Of a DNA stretch of 64,000 nt, positions 37,776 through 47,116 are shown piece after piece (the stretch's first letter is position 1; every line of letters begins with the position of its first letter). The stretch comes from a virus. The notes under the pieces are model-generated. The model did not search any database. It had not been told where the DNA came from and saw nothing but the letters and a program-made list of their open reading frames with translations. The stretch lies in the IMG/VR virus record IMGVR_UViG_3300027792_000010, one strand, 5' to 3'. Made by a program: the position numbers and the translations under genes.

Positions 37776-38036
37776 TCATAGGTATCCTCCAAAATGTATA
37801 GGTTTTTGTACATTCATTACACTAACTCCAGATGGATATACTAGCAGGTTTCGGAATATTTTATCTTCTTCTTCTTCCTGTATTTGTTGTACGTGCATGG
37901 ATATTATTTGATCGCTAGCTTCCATCATTTTTTGCCCATATAAAAACCAATCACGCCACGGGTCATCAGCTTCCCACAGGTATTCAGCTTCCCACAGGTA
38001 TGTTGATGTGGTCTGAGTTAAAGTTAAATTTTCCAT
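37776..38036 (-). CDS. WxADDPW protein, paralog of 34154..34330
   Basis: MENLTLTQTTSTYLWEAEYLWEADDPWRD. Confidence 0.7.
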   Translation of the reverse strand: MENLTLTQTTSTYLWEAEYLWEADDPWRDWFLYGQKMMEASDQIISMHVQQIQEEEEDKIFRNLLVYPSGVSVMNVQKPIHFGGYL

Positions 38037-38084
38037 CGTAATGATAATATACTTTTTGGAAGTATGAGTTTAAAGTAAAAAGAG

Positions 38085-38156
38085 CTGGAGTGCAGGGATT
38101 TGAACCCCGATACTTAGATCCAAAATCTAAGATCCTAACCGTTGGATGACACCCCA
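38085..38156 (-). tRNA. tRNA-Gln(UUG)
   Basis: U1-A72, G73, loop TTTTGGA. Confidence 0.95.
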
Positions 38157-38207
38157 GTAAAGTTGATGGCGACTGCGCTCATGATTGGTATCGCCACCGC
38201 TGAAGAT

Positions 38208-38285
38208 TGGTCTAGATGGAGGGATTCGAACCCACGACCCTCGCGCCCCAAACGCGATGCTCTAGCCGGACTGAGCTACATCTAG
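38208..38285 (-). tRNA. tRNA-Pro(UGG), second copy
   Basis: C1-G72, A73, loop TTTGGGG, CCA encoded. Confidence 0.93.
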
Positions 38286-38296
38286 AGTTATTAAGG

Positions 38297-38380
38297 CTGA
38301 CACGGAGGGACTTGAACCCCCAAGCTCCTTACGGAGCGAACGGTTAACAGCCGTTTTCCTTGCCATTAGGATACGTGTCA
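38297..38380 (-). tRNA. tRNA-Asn(GUU) with long variable arm
   Basis: U1-A72, G73, loop CTGTTAA, 17-nt variable region GCTCC-GTAA-GGAGC. Confidence 0.9.
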
Positions 38381-38430
38381 GTAAAAACAAATGTTCTGCA
38401 TTCATCTGTTATATTTAAAAGAACAAAAAT

Positions 38431-38475
38431 AAAAAAGCCTCAGCGATCCTTGGTTCGGTTCGCTGAGGCTCTTTT
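38431..38475 (-). terminator. attenuator 3 intrinsic terminator
   Basis: AGAGCCTCAGCGA...TCGCTGAGGCTTTTTT. Confidence 0.92.
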
Positions 38476-38494
38476 CAGAGATTTTGGCTGTTAC

Positions 38495-38581
38495 CTAATG
38501 CAAAACAACCACCTTCAGCGAAACCTTATTAGGTTGCTGTGGATTAGGGTTCGGGTTATTTTGATTAGTAACAATAAACAT
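38495..38581 (-). CDS. attenuator leader peptide 3 (28 aa) MFIVTNQNNPNPNPQQPNKVSLKVVVLH
   Basis: AAGGA RBS; antiterminator TTCGCTGAAGG (38512-38522). Confidence 0.88.
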   Translation of the reverse strand: MFIVTNQNNPNPNPQQPNKVSLKVVVLH

Positions 38582-38610
38582 AATTTTTAATCCTTTTAAT
38601 GCTTAACTTT

Positions 38611-38639
38611 AATATACCACTTTGGTATAAGAAGATCAA
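38611..38639 (-). promoter_or_regulatory. sigma70 promoter of attenuator 3
   Basis: TTGATC-N17-TATATT with AAGTGG before -10. Confidence 0.85.
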
Positions 38640-38653
38640 GAAAAATTATAGTT

Positions 38654-39046
38654 TTATTTTAATTCTTGATATTTAACAATTTTCATTTCCTCTTTTGAGA
38701 CCACTAAAGATTTTTCCAGTAGAAGATTTGACTTCTGTATAACTGTTCCTGCTCCAAGCCAAGGAGCTATTAATTTATATTTCGTTCCTTTTGAGTTCTC
38801 AAAAACAGCCATACAAAAAATTGAATCTATACTAAATCTTATTTCGTCTCTATATATAAACTTCATTACACTACATGTATCATTTACTGGTATGCTGCTT
38901 TTTAATCTCCATCCGTTATTATCTAACTGAGTATTATTCTTATATACCATCATTTGAGGGGTACTATATTGTTTTTCAAAACCCTTATTATTACCACAAG
39001 ACGCTATTACAATAATAGTTGATAATATTAATGCTTTGTATTTCAT
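38654..39046 (-). CDS. putative lipoprotein
   Basis: Signal peptide ending IASC. Confidence 0.7.
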   Translation of the reverse strand: MKYKALILSTIIVIASCGNNKGFEKQYSTPQMMVYKNNTQLDNNGWRLKSSIPVNDTCSVMKFIYRDEIRFSIDSIFCMAVFENSKGTKYKLIAPWLGAGTVIQKSNLLLEKSLVVSKEEMKIVKYQELK

Positions 39047-39975
39047 ATGCCCATTTCCTTTACTTCTTTTTTACCATCTTCAGTAAATTTCTCTACATCT
39101 TTATCATATTTTTTTAGTAATTCTTCTAATTCTGAAACATGTATTTTTTCTTCATTAGCTATGTCCTGTAATACTTTTTTAACCTTACTGTCATCAGTTG
39201 AGTCTACAATTATCTCATACAGATGTATTGCATCCAACTCAGCAGCTATAGATTGTCTAATAACTCTTGTTATCTCTCTTGGATCTAGTTTATTTTCTGG
39301 AGTAAGCGTTGGGGCTATAGTCGAGAAATCCATAGCTTTCTTTTCAATACCCTTTTCCATCTTATCTAATCTATCATAGTAATCAGGTAACTCTTTTAGA
39401 TGCGCTTTTGCTATAACTTTATAAAAATTTTCTTTCGTGATTGGCATCTTTATCTCCAACTTTTTAAAGAACTTACAAAAGAGTTCATATAAATCCTTAT
39501 GCTCTTTTTCTACATTTATCCCTTCTTGAATTTGAGAAGATGCTGAAAGATACATATGTGCTACCTTAAGAGCCATACCAGACTTTTTAATTGAGTTTTT
39601 GTCGGCTGTGTCCATTTGTTGTACCACCTTTCTTGCCCAGGTAAACCCAGGGTCACCTCCCCAAATTAACCAAGCTACGTAACCCCTATCTTTCCAGGGC
39701 TCGTCTTTATGTTTAGGGTCTATGCTTTTGTTCTTTTCGTGTCTTGAAAAGAAACTGAACATTCTTTTGATAGTATCTGGGGAAATCTTATCACGGTTCT
39801 TTAAATTTACAGCTCGTTGAACACCGGAACCTATGCCTTCTTTAGCAGCTTGTTGGGTATTTAGCCCCCCTTTACCTCCAGCTTTTTGACGGTATTCTAA
39901 TCCCTTGTTTGCTGCAGAAGCAACTTCTTTAGGAGGGACAAAATCAATATGTTTGTACTTCTCAAGAATAGACAT
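39043..39975 (-). CDS. multidomain protein: phage head-associated-type N-terminal domain plus C-terminal ferritin-like domain
   Basis: FVPPKEV...WLIWGGDPG N-terminus; GINVEKEH...HLKELPDYY middle; AELDAIHLY...IANEEKIH di-iron motifs. Confidence 0.6.
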   Translation of the reverse strand: MSILEKYKHIDFVPPKEVASAANKGLEYRQKAGGKGGLNTQQAAKEGIGSGVQRAVNLKNRDKISPDTIKRMFSFFSRHEKNKSIDPKHKDEPWKDRGYVAWLIWGGDPGFTWARKVVQQMDTADKNSIKKSGMALKVAHMYLSASSQIQEGINVEKEHKDLYELFCKFFKKLEIKMPITKENFYKVIAKAHLKELPDYYDRLDKMEKGIEKKAMDFSTIAPTLTPENKLDPREITRVIRQSIAAELDAIHLYEIIVDSTDDSKVKKVLQDIANEEKIHVSELEELLKKYDKDVEKFTEDGKKEVKEMGI

Positions 39976-40030
39976 AGAAACTCCCTTAATACTTTTAGTA
40001 AGTATTAAGGGATTCTATATTGAAAGATTA

Positions 40031-40318
40031 TTAAGAGGAAGGTTCTATCGCTGTTTTTAGTTTGAGAGGAGGGCCGGAGAGAATGGAGTCTACAACCTCA
40101 CAACGTTCCCTATGCCCAGTAAAAGCTATGGTTTTTCCTTTTGTATGAGCCTTCAAAGTAATATCCATAGCTTTTTCGGGGGTACATCTTGTGGCCTTCA
40201 TTACTTGAGCTACAACAGCATCGAATGGGTTTACATCGTCATTGAACAAAATGACATTATAAGGCTTACCAAGGATATTAGCAACTTTACTTAAATCTTT
40301 GTTTACTGTTAATTCCAT
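40031..40318 (-). CDS. clpS: ClpS-like N-degron adaptor
   Basis: YNVILFNDDVNPFDAV...AHTKGK. Confidence 0.85.
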   Translation of the reverse strand: MELTVNKDLSKVANILGKPYNVILFNDDVNPFDAVVAQVMKATRCTPEKAMDITLKAHTKGKTIAFTGHRERCEVVDSILSGPPLKLKTAIEPSS

Positions 40319-40482
40319 AACTACTAAACCTTGTCCATCGTTACTTCTGGTTTATCCTCTGGAATTTTTTCAGACTTCTTTTTCTCTGCCTCTTCCATCT
40401 TTCTCACAAGGAAATTATAGATCACTTTTATAGTGATAACTACAGCAACAACAATTGTAATCTTTTTCCACATACTTACTCC

Positions 40483-41424
40483 TTATTCAAAGTGAATACG
40501 TTTGATTGCATCTACAAACATACTTGATACATCGATTGTTTGAATGAACTCCTCTGAGTAATCTATTCCTGGTCTCCAAACTGTATTTGTAACATGTACT
40601 TTATTTATTGGGGATCTCTTCATATCCCATATAGCATCCTTAGTTAGTATTCCGTGTATAGCACAAGCATGAATTTCTATCGCTCCATTTGACTTAAGAA
40701 CTTCTGCAGCCTTTATCATGGACTTACCCGAGGCTATCTCGTCATCAATAATAATGCATATTCTACCTTTAACATTTCCAACTAGACTTGTAATTTGAGG
40801 ATTCTCCGTATCATCAACACGAATTTTACTCATGTATGCTACGGGAAGCTGACATAGCTCAGCGTACTCTGTAACCATTTTAGAGCTACCAGAGTCCAGG
40901 GCAACTAAAGTGGTCTTGTTGAAGGATACCTCTTTCTTAAGGTATTGATAGATTATCTCTTTCGGTACAAGATGATCTGTAGGAATCCTAAAAAATCCCT
41001 GAGTTTGCGGAGAATGTAAATTCATGAACATTGCACGGCTGGCACCTGCGGTTTGAAGAAGATCCGCCAGAAGACGAGCAGTGATAGATGTTCTGGACTC
41101 CCCCCGTTTGTCTGACCTGCAGTACGGATAATAAGGAAGAACGACTGTGATACGTCCGGCGCTTGCGTGCTTGAGAGTATCGATCATTATGAGCAGTTCC
41201 ATTATTCGTTCATTCTGATTAGGATAATTAGGCTGTATGATAAAGATATCATCACCGCGAACAGACTCTTCCACCTTAAATTTGATGTTGTCATTAGAAA
41301 ATATCAAAGAAGTTGTTTTCAATCTGGGAAGATAACTTTCTGTCACCAAATATTCTAACAATTTCGATTCAATCATATTATATAAGGGAAGTTGCTCACA
41401 TCCTGTCATGATGCGAAGTCTCAT
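40483..41424 (-). CDS. prs: ribose-phosphate pyrophosphokinase
   Basis: MELLIMIDTLKHASA, PYYPYCRSD, IIIDDEIASGKSM. Confidence 0.93.
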   Translation of the reverse strand: MRLRIMTGCEQLPLYNMIESKLLEYLVTESYLPRLKTTSLIFSNDNIKFKVEESVRGDDIFIIQPNYPNQNERIMELLIMIDTLKHASAGRITVVLPYYPYCRSDKRGESRTSITARLLADLLQTAGASRAMFMNLHSPQTQGFFRIPTDHLVPKEIIYQYLKKEVSFNKTTLVALDSGSSKMVTEYAELCQLPVAYMSKIRVDDTENPQITSLVGNVKGRICIIIDDEIASGKSMIKAAEVLKSNGAIEIHACAIHGILTKDAIWDMKRSPINKVHVTNTVWRPGIDYSEEFIQTIDVSSMFVDAIKRIHFE

Positions 41425-41438
41425 GCCTACCTCCTATT

Positions 41439-42410
41439 TCAATTAACTCTAAAAAGGTTGTCTCCTGATCCAGGCGAAACTTCACATCCTGAATTTTTTT
41501 CACTTGCACTATTAGACCGATTATTTGTTACATCAGTAAGCTTTTCTTCTGGTTTATTAGATTCAGTTTTCTTTTCATCATCTACATGGTTCTGTATACT
41601 GATCAGAATATCTTCTACTTCATAGACTATATTTTGAAACTTTGGAGTTCTTTTCAATTCCGCACTTCTATCACAGGGCAAATCAACGGTCATCTTTTGT
41701 ACAATCTTTCCTGGATTTGCCCTCATAAAGAATATTTCATCCCCGAGGTATACAGCCTCTGAAATGTCGTGCGTAACAAATATAATCGTTGTGCGTATCT
41801 TTGACCAAATTTCACATAACAAATCTTGCATTTTTAAGCGAGTATTCACATCTAGAGCGCCGAAAGGTTCATCCATCAGAAGTATCTCAGGTGCTGAAAC
41901 TAAGCTACGGGCAATAGCTACACGCTGAAGCTGACCACCAGACAATGTGGGGTATTTAGCATATTTACTTTCATGTCCCTCCAGACCTACTAACTTAATC
42001 ATCTCCATAGCTTTTTCATGACGTTCTTTTTTTGGTACCCCTTTGAACTTAAGCCCAAGGGCTACGTTGTCGAGCACACTAAGCCAGGGAAATGAACTAT
42101 ACTGCTGGAACACCATTCCTACTTTGATGCTCTTTTCGATAGTTTTTCCACTAATGAGCACTTCTCCCGACGTAGGTTTTTGCAATCCTGATATATATCT
42201 GAGTAGAGTAGATTTACCAGATCCTGATACGCCTAATATAACTACGAACTTGCCTTTTTCGGAGTTATCCTCTATAAGCAGGTTGAGATCTTGTATAATG
42301 CTGGCACTGCTACCATTATACCTCTGAGATATATCCTTAAGTTCTATAATATCGTGGGCATTTGTATTCGTAAAAATAACATTATCATTGTACATACTAT
42401 ACCTCTTCAT
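41439..42410 (-). CDS. ABC transporter ATP-binding protein (NitT/TauT type)
   Basis: GVSGSGKS, LSGGQLQR, LMDEPF, VTHD. Confidence 0.93.
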   Translation of the reverse strand: MKRYSMYNDNVIFTNTNAHDIIELKDISQRYNGSSASIIQDLNLLIEDNSEKGKFVVILGVSGSGKSTLLRYISGLQKPTSGEVLISGKTIEKSIKVGMVFQQYSSFPWLSVLDNVALGLKFKGVPKKERHEKAMEMIKLVGLEGHESKYAKYPTLSGGQLQRVAIARSLVSAPEILLMDEPFGALDVNTRLKMQDLLCEIWSKIRTTIIFVTHDISEAVYLGDEIFFMRANPGKIVQKMTVDLPCDRSAELKRTPKFQNIVYEVEDILISIQNHVDDEKKTESNKPEEKLTDVTNNRSNSASEKNSGCEVSPGSGDNLFRVN

Positions 42411-42648
42411 CGGTAGGGTATAAAAGTGTAAAAGTTTTAGCAGTTTTTTTAGCAGTTTTTAAAGCTATAAGAATTTTATCTACAGACTCTATTACTTGAA
42501 TTGTATCTCTATTTGTTAATATTGTCGTATACCCATGCCCCTCTGATATGTAGTCTATTTTATCTATAGGTATAATAACCCTTAATCCTTTATCTATTTT
42601 ACCTGTAATAAGTCTTGAGCAAATAAGAAAACCAGAATTTTTACCCAC
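42397..42648 (-). CDS. hypothetical protein (FlbD/LytTR-like fold possible)
   Basis: IPIDKIDYI...TTI...IQVIES pattern. Confidence 0.5.
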   Translation of the reverse strand: MGKNSGFLICSRLITGKIDKGLRVIIPIDKIDYISEGHGYTTILTNRDTIQVIESVDKILIALKTAKKTAKTFTLLYPTDEEV

Positions 42649-42659
42649 TTAGTCACCTC

Positions 42660-43469
42660 TCAAATATATTTGTAAGGGAATAGTTTTTTGTCCAACCACA
42701 TAAAGATCCTATCCTGCACAAACCCAATCAAAACTATCATGATCAGGACAGCAAACACTTTGTCGATACGACTCTGACGGGCAGCTGTATAGGCTAATGC
42801 CCCGATACCACCTGACCTATTTACTAGTTCAGCTACAATGATGTATGTCCAGGAAATCGCTACAAGCACTCTAATGTCATCTGATATTTTGGCGAATACT
42901 GAGGGAAAGAAAACACTGAAAATCATCTGCCACCTATTAGCTCCGAGAGTTTTAGCAGTTTGTTGATGAACAACTTCTACTTCATCTATCCTTTGAACAA
43001 CTACTGGAAGCATATAGACTATGATACCGAAAGCCAAGAACTGAACCTTCATATTAGTATCGATACCGAACCATGCAATAAAAACACCAACCACAGCGGT
43101 AAGCGGTATGAATCTGGAAGCACTGATATATCTACTGAAGAGACTACGGAAGAAAGGAAACAATCCGATAGGAAAACCTATCAGGACGGCTATTATTACT
43201 GCTTCTACATATCCTAAGATATTAAGTTTGATAGAAAACAGAGTATTTGTGAATATACTATCTTTAATATACAATTCTTTGAAAGAAGTTATTACCATCC
43301 ACGGCGAAGGAAGCAAGGACTCAGGTATGAGCTTGAGGGATGTTATGATACCCCATATACCCAACAGAACTACAAATCCTGCTATTTCGATAATAAGCAT
43401 TGTTTTCTTGGGGAGTGCTCCACGAATTTCAAACAGATTATCAAGATCTTTCATATAAGTATTCTCCAA
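42660..43469 (-). CDS. ABC transporter permease (NitT/TauT type)
   Basis: Multiple TM helices; AKTLGA EAA-like loop; IVAEL...GIG. Confidence 0.9.
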   Translation of the reverse strand: MENTYMKDLDNLFEIRGALPKKTMLIIEIAGFVVLLGIWGIITSLKLIPESLLPSPWMVITSFKELYIKDSIFTNTLFSIKLNILGYVEAVIIAVLIGFPIGLFPFFRSLFSRYISASRFIPLTAVVGVFIAWFGIDTNMKVQFLAFGIIVYMLPVVVQRIDEVEVVHQQTAKTLGANRWQMIFSVFFPSVFAKISDDIRVLVAISWTYIIVAELVNRSGGIGALAYTAARQSRIDKVFAVLIMIVLIGFVQDRIFMWLDKKLFPYKYI

Positions 43470-43758
43470 GGGCTCAAATTTTGTCTGATAAAGTAATTAC
43501 AGTTACCTCTGAACCTTTTTCTACCTCAGAAGAAACAGCCTGTCCATAATTATAATATTGAGTACCATACTTAGTAATTAAATTTCTCTTATGTTCTATT
43601 GTAGCAGAAGCATAAGATTCTTTTATAACTTCTTCCCCATCTATTGTGATTGAAACTTGTACTACTGACATTATTTACCTCAATTTTTTATAAGATATAC
43701 GGTGAGCTAAAGAAAAGCTCCCCAAGCAAAAGTGCATGGGGAGTTTCCAAGGTGGGAC

Positions 43759-45324
43759 TTACTCCCCGAGCAACTCAAACGCTGTATTACGATTCTGCGC
43801 TCGTCCATCCTCAGTATCATTGGTGGCAACAGGCTTATCAGGGCCATTACCTACAACAATGAACCTATTTTTGTCGAAACCCCATCGACTAGTGAGATAC
43901 CCTACAACTGATTTGGCACGGTTCAGGGAAAGAGTTTTATTCATGGTATAGTCACCTGTGTTATCTGTATTGCCTTCCACACGGATACGACACTTTGCAA
44001 AGCTCTTGGCTATATCTGCAAATTCCTTATCAATTTTGTAACGGCACTCATCACATAGTACGTAGGCACCAGTTTCGAAGTTTACGGTAACACGCTTAGT
44101 TGCAAATGCTTCCTTACTTGCTATTGCCGCAGTGGGCTTGGTGAAAGTAGCCGACGCTTCTGCAACTTGTTCTGGCCCGGTTAAGTTAAGGATACTTTTT
44201 AGAATTATTGTGCTAGACACGGTGCGCCATGATGGAACAGTAGACTGGTCGGGCAGTGATTCCTTGAATACTAAGGAAATCTGCGGGATGGCAGTCGCTG
44301 TTTTTTCGTATAAGTCTTCGCCCTTGATGCCATTATAATCACCATTGAGGTTGAAGAACTGAACATTGTCTCCGTAGGTGCAGAGACGGGCATTCAAGAT
44401 ATTCATGACTTCCTCTGGCTGATTAAATGCTGTAGACATTAGTTTCTGAGCAGAAGCGCGTACTGCATCAGAGCTATTGATTTCGGCAGCTGCTTTGAAC
44501 CAACCTTCGGCAAATTTTCTCAAATCATCCTGTCTAGTCAGAAGGACGGAATTTTTGACATAGAAAATATCAGCAATGGTATTGGACGCATCTTTTGTGC
44601 TTCGAAGGATTTTTGAACCTGCGACACTTTTGATACAATCCTGGTCATCAGGTGACCATACAACAGCGGCATCCACTTTACCTGCCTTGAAATAGGAGGC
44701 GGCATCCAAAGCTGTAGGCGCTTTGATTACTTCGATGTCACTATACTTCAGACCGCCTGCAGAGAGTACCCACAAGAGGAGTGTCTGAGAGGGAGTACCA
44801 AAAGCAACAGCAATGCGCTTACCCTTAAGGTCTTGAACATTATTGATACCAGAGGCTACGACGATGACATCACCACCACGGGACCAGTCGATCTGCATGA
44901 AGACTTTTGGTTCTAAATTAACTATGTTCGGGAAGAATGTTGATAGCACATCAGCGGTATTGCATACCACATCGTACTGATCGGCTTTCCAACCGTCGAG
45001 AATGTTCTGGAAGTCGTCATTAATACTGAACTCTACTTCCACACCATCCTGAGTGAATCGGGATGTCGAAGAGGGTTTCAGACCTCCATTGTAGTATACG
45101 CCAGGGGCGAATCCTACCCAGGTATTCAAGCATACCCGGAGTGCTTTGGACTTGCTGCCGCCAAACAGACCTTTGGACGGGGTTTCCGAAGCTGCTTTTG
45201 GTGCAGGTTTTGGAATCCAACCTTGTTTGTTAGCGAACTGGTAGCCGAAGAAACCACCGCCTATTACAAGGGCAATAATGAGAATCTTCGCAAACGGGGT
45301 AAGTTGAGGGGCTTTGTTAGCCAT
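43759..45324 (-). CDS. ABC substrate-binding protein (NMT1/THI5-like) fused to an OmpA/Pal-like C-terminal domain
   Basis: N-terminal TM; DWSRGGD; IRVEGNTD...LSLNRAKSV...GNGPDKP...NRNT. Confidence 0.85.
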   Translation of the reverse strand: MANKAPQLTPFAKILIIALVIGGGFFGYQFANKQGWIPKPAPKAASETPSKGLFGGSKSKALRVCLNTWVGFAPGVYYNGGLKPSSTSRFTQDGVEVEFSINDDFQNILDGWKADQYDVVCNTADVLSTFFPNIVNLEPKVFMQIDWSRGGDVIVVASGINNVQDLKGKRIAVAFGTPSQTLLLWVLSAGGLKYSDIEVIKAPTALDAASYFKAGKVDAAVVWSPDDQDCIKSVAGSKILRSTKDASNTIADIFYVKNSVLLTRQDDLRKFAEGWFKAAAEINSSDAVRASAQKLMSTAFNQPEEVMNILNARLCTYGDNVQFFNLNGDYNGIKGEDLYEKTATAIPQISLVFKESLPDQSTVPSWRTVSSTIILKSILNLTGPEQVAEASATFTKPTAAIASKEAFATKRVTVNFETGAYVLCDECRYKIDKEFADIAKSFAKCRIRVEGNTDNTGDYTMNKTLSLNRAKSVVGYLTSRWGFDKNRFIVVGNGPDKPVATNDTEDGRAQNRNTAFELLGE

Positions 45325-45354
45325 AAGTAAAACTCCTTAATAGATTGTGATTAG

Positions 45355-46380
45355 TTATTTGAATAATGTATTATACTGATTTATATGATCTGTATAGCTT
45401 CCAGCTTGTGCCTCTGTATCAAGATTAATAACTTCTTTATCGTCATTGGCCTTATTGATGAGATTGCTCTTATCATCCCCTAGGATAAAGGAATCAGCAT
45501 TCTTTTCCCATTCCTCAAGCATTTTAAGACCCTTCTCCTCAAATACACCATTCTGTAGGTCAATACCTTCCATGAAGTTCTTTGAGACATCCATAAATCT
45601 TTCCATCTCACCAATCTTATTGCTGAGATCAGTTGCCATGAATTCTAAAGCTTGCTCAAATATAGCTCTCTGGTCAGCATTACCATTGACTACGCTCATT
45701 GCAGACTTGATAGCCTTGTGGCTCTGTCGTATGACATTCCACTCGACCTCTTTTTGTTTGATCTGGTCTTCGGTGTCCTCATAGAGGATACCACAGTTTT
45801 CGTACATTTTACTCAACACTCGATAGATGACTTCCATCTTCGTATATAGCTTTTTGTACGTTACGTTGGAGTCACTCATACGACCAGCTTTTCGAGTCTT
45901 AAGAACCATGACGTTCTTCTGACCTCCCTTTTGCGCACGAGCTGCCAGATCAAGATTGTCTTTGATTTCCTTCTCGTTTGCTTCTATAATACTTTGAAGC
46001 TTTCGCATCTGCCCTTTTAGTAGTCCGATCTGCTCATTCATATTCTGAAGATTATCGTATAGCTGTCGAAGATAAGTCTTCAGGATAGAGATAGGATCTA
46101 GTTCAATGATCATCCCAGTCATCTTTCGAATGATTGTCTTGTAGAGATACGAGACAGCGGTACGGAACTTTGGGTCCATAACCAGAACTGCGATACCACC
46201 AATAACTCCAAGAAGTAGCAATAGGTGGAGAGTATTCTGCGCCAAGATGAGAAGAAACGGGAGTGCTTTTGCAAAAGCGTACACACCGCCGACGGCTAGT
46301 AGGGCAGCGATTACTGCACCTACCTTACCTTCTGGCTTTTGCCAAAATGATTTTAGATTCTGAGCATTAACCGGGTCCAT
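45355..46380 (-). CDS. membrane-anchored coiled-coil protein (PspA/IM30-like)
   Basis: Two N-terminal TM helices then a long heptad region. Confidence 0.65.
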   Translation of the reverse strand: MDPVNAQNLKSFWQKPEGKVGAVIAALLAVGGVYAFAKALPFLLILAQNTLHLLLLLGVIGGIAVLVMDPKFRTAVSYLYKTIIRKMTGMIIELDPISILKTYLRQLYDNLQNMNEQIGLLKGQMRKLQSIIEANEKEIKDNLDLAARAQKGGQKNVMVLKTRKAGRMSDSNVTYKKLYTKMEVIYRVLSKMYENCGILYEDTEDQIKQKEVEWNVIRQSHKAIKSAMSVVNGNADQRAIFEQALEFMATDLSNKIGEMERFMDVSKNFMEGIDLQNGVFEEKGLKMLEEWEKNADSFILGDDKSNLINKANDDKEVINLDTEAQAGSYTDHINQYNTLFK

Positions 46381-46389
46381 CCCTACCTC

Positions 46390-47064
46390 CTATTTTGTCC
46401 CTTGTGGGGTTAGATATGTTTTAATTTTGTCAATATCTGTGGTGATTTTATCTCTGAATGCTTTAAGCATGTTACTGAAGTTCACAGCTGTTCTTTCTAT
46501 TTTGGCTTTGTTATCATTAATTTCAGAAGAGAGCTTAGTCTTATTTTGCTGTAACGTATTAATCTGATTAGAGAGAGCCTGGATCTGACTGGCTACTTTT
46601 GCGATCTCACCATCAATACCATTAAGCTCAGTTTCTTTATCAGTTACATTATATTTCAACTGTTGGGCGGCAGCATCAGAAAACTTCTTATCCTCCTCAT
46701 CTAATACCTTAAGATATGCCTTGGCACTATTTATCAAGGTACCTACTGTAACACCCATTACAGCTGCCGTACTGCCTACGACTTGAAATCGAACACCCTC
46801 TGCTGGAACAGCTACCTTCTGTGCCTCTACTGCATTGATGAACTTCAGATAATCAAACCCAGGGGCGCTCGCACTTTCCATTGCGGTAGCCAGATGGATT
46901 CGAATACTCTCACTATCTTTATCACTCACCATAACAGGGGCTGAAGGTACCGCTGAGACTTGTGATAGTTGTGACGGTTGTACCGCTTTGACAGGCTCTG
47001 CTACTTGGGGACCTTTTTCCTCATCCCCACCTGTCACAAATAGCCCTTTCAGATTGAAAGCCAT
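46390..47064 (-). CDS. coiled-coil hypothetical protein, first gene of the transporter operon
   Basis: AAGGAG RBS at MAFNL; promoter at ~47093. Confidence 0.75.
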   Translation of the reverse strand: MAFNLKGLFVTGGDEEKGPQVAEPVKAVQPSQLSQVSAVPSAPVMVSDKDSESIRIHLATAMESASAPGFDYLKFINAVEAQKVAVPAEGVRFQVVGSTAAVMGVTVGTLINSAKAYLKVLDEEDKKFSDAAAQQLKYNVTDKETELNGIDGEIAKVASQIQALSNQINTLQQNKTKLSSEINDNKAKIERTAVNFSNMLKAFRDKITTDIDKIKTYLTPQGTK

Positions 47065-47116
47065 AAGTATCTCCTTTTTAATATTCAAAATAATATACTT
47101 TTTTGAAAATCTATTA

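Noticed and set aside
38167-38200. Minihelix TGGCGAT/GTCGCCA between tRNA-Pro and tRNA-Gln
   Set aside because: A single 7-bp hairpin with no further support; could be chance.
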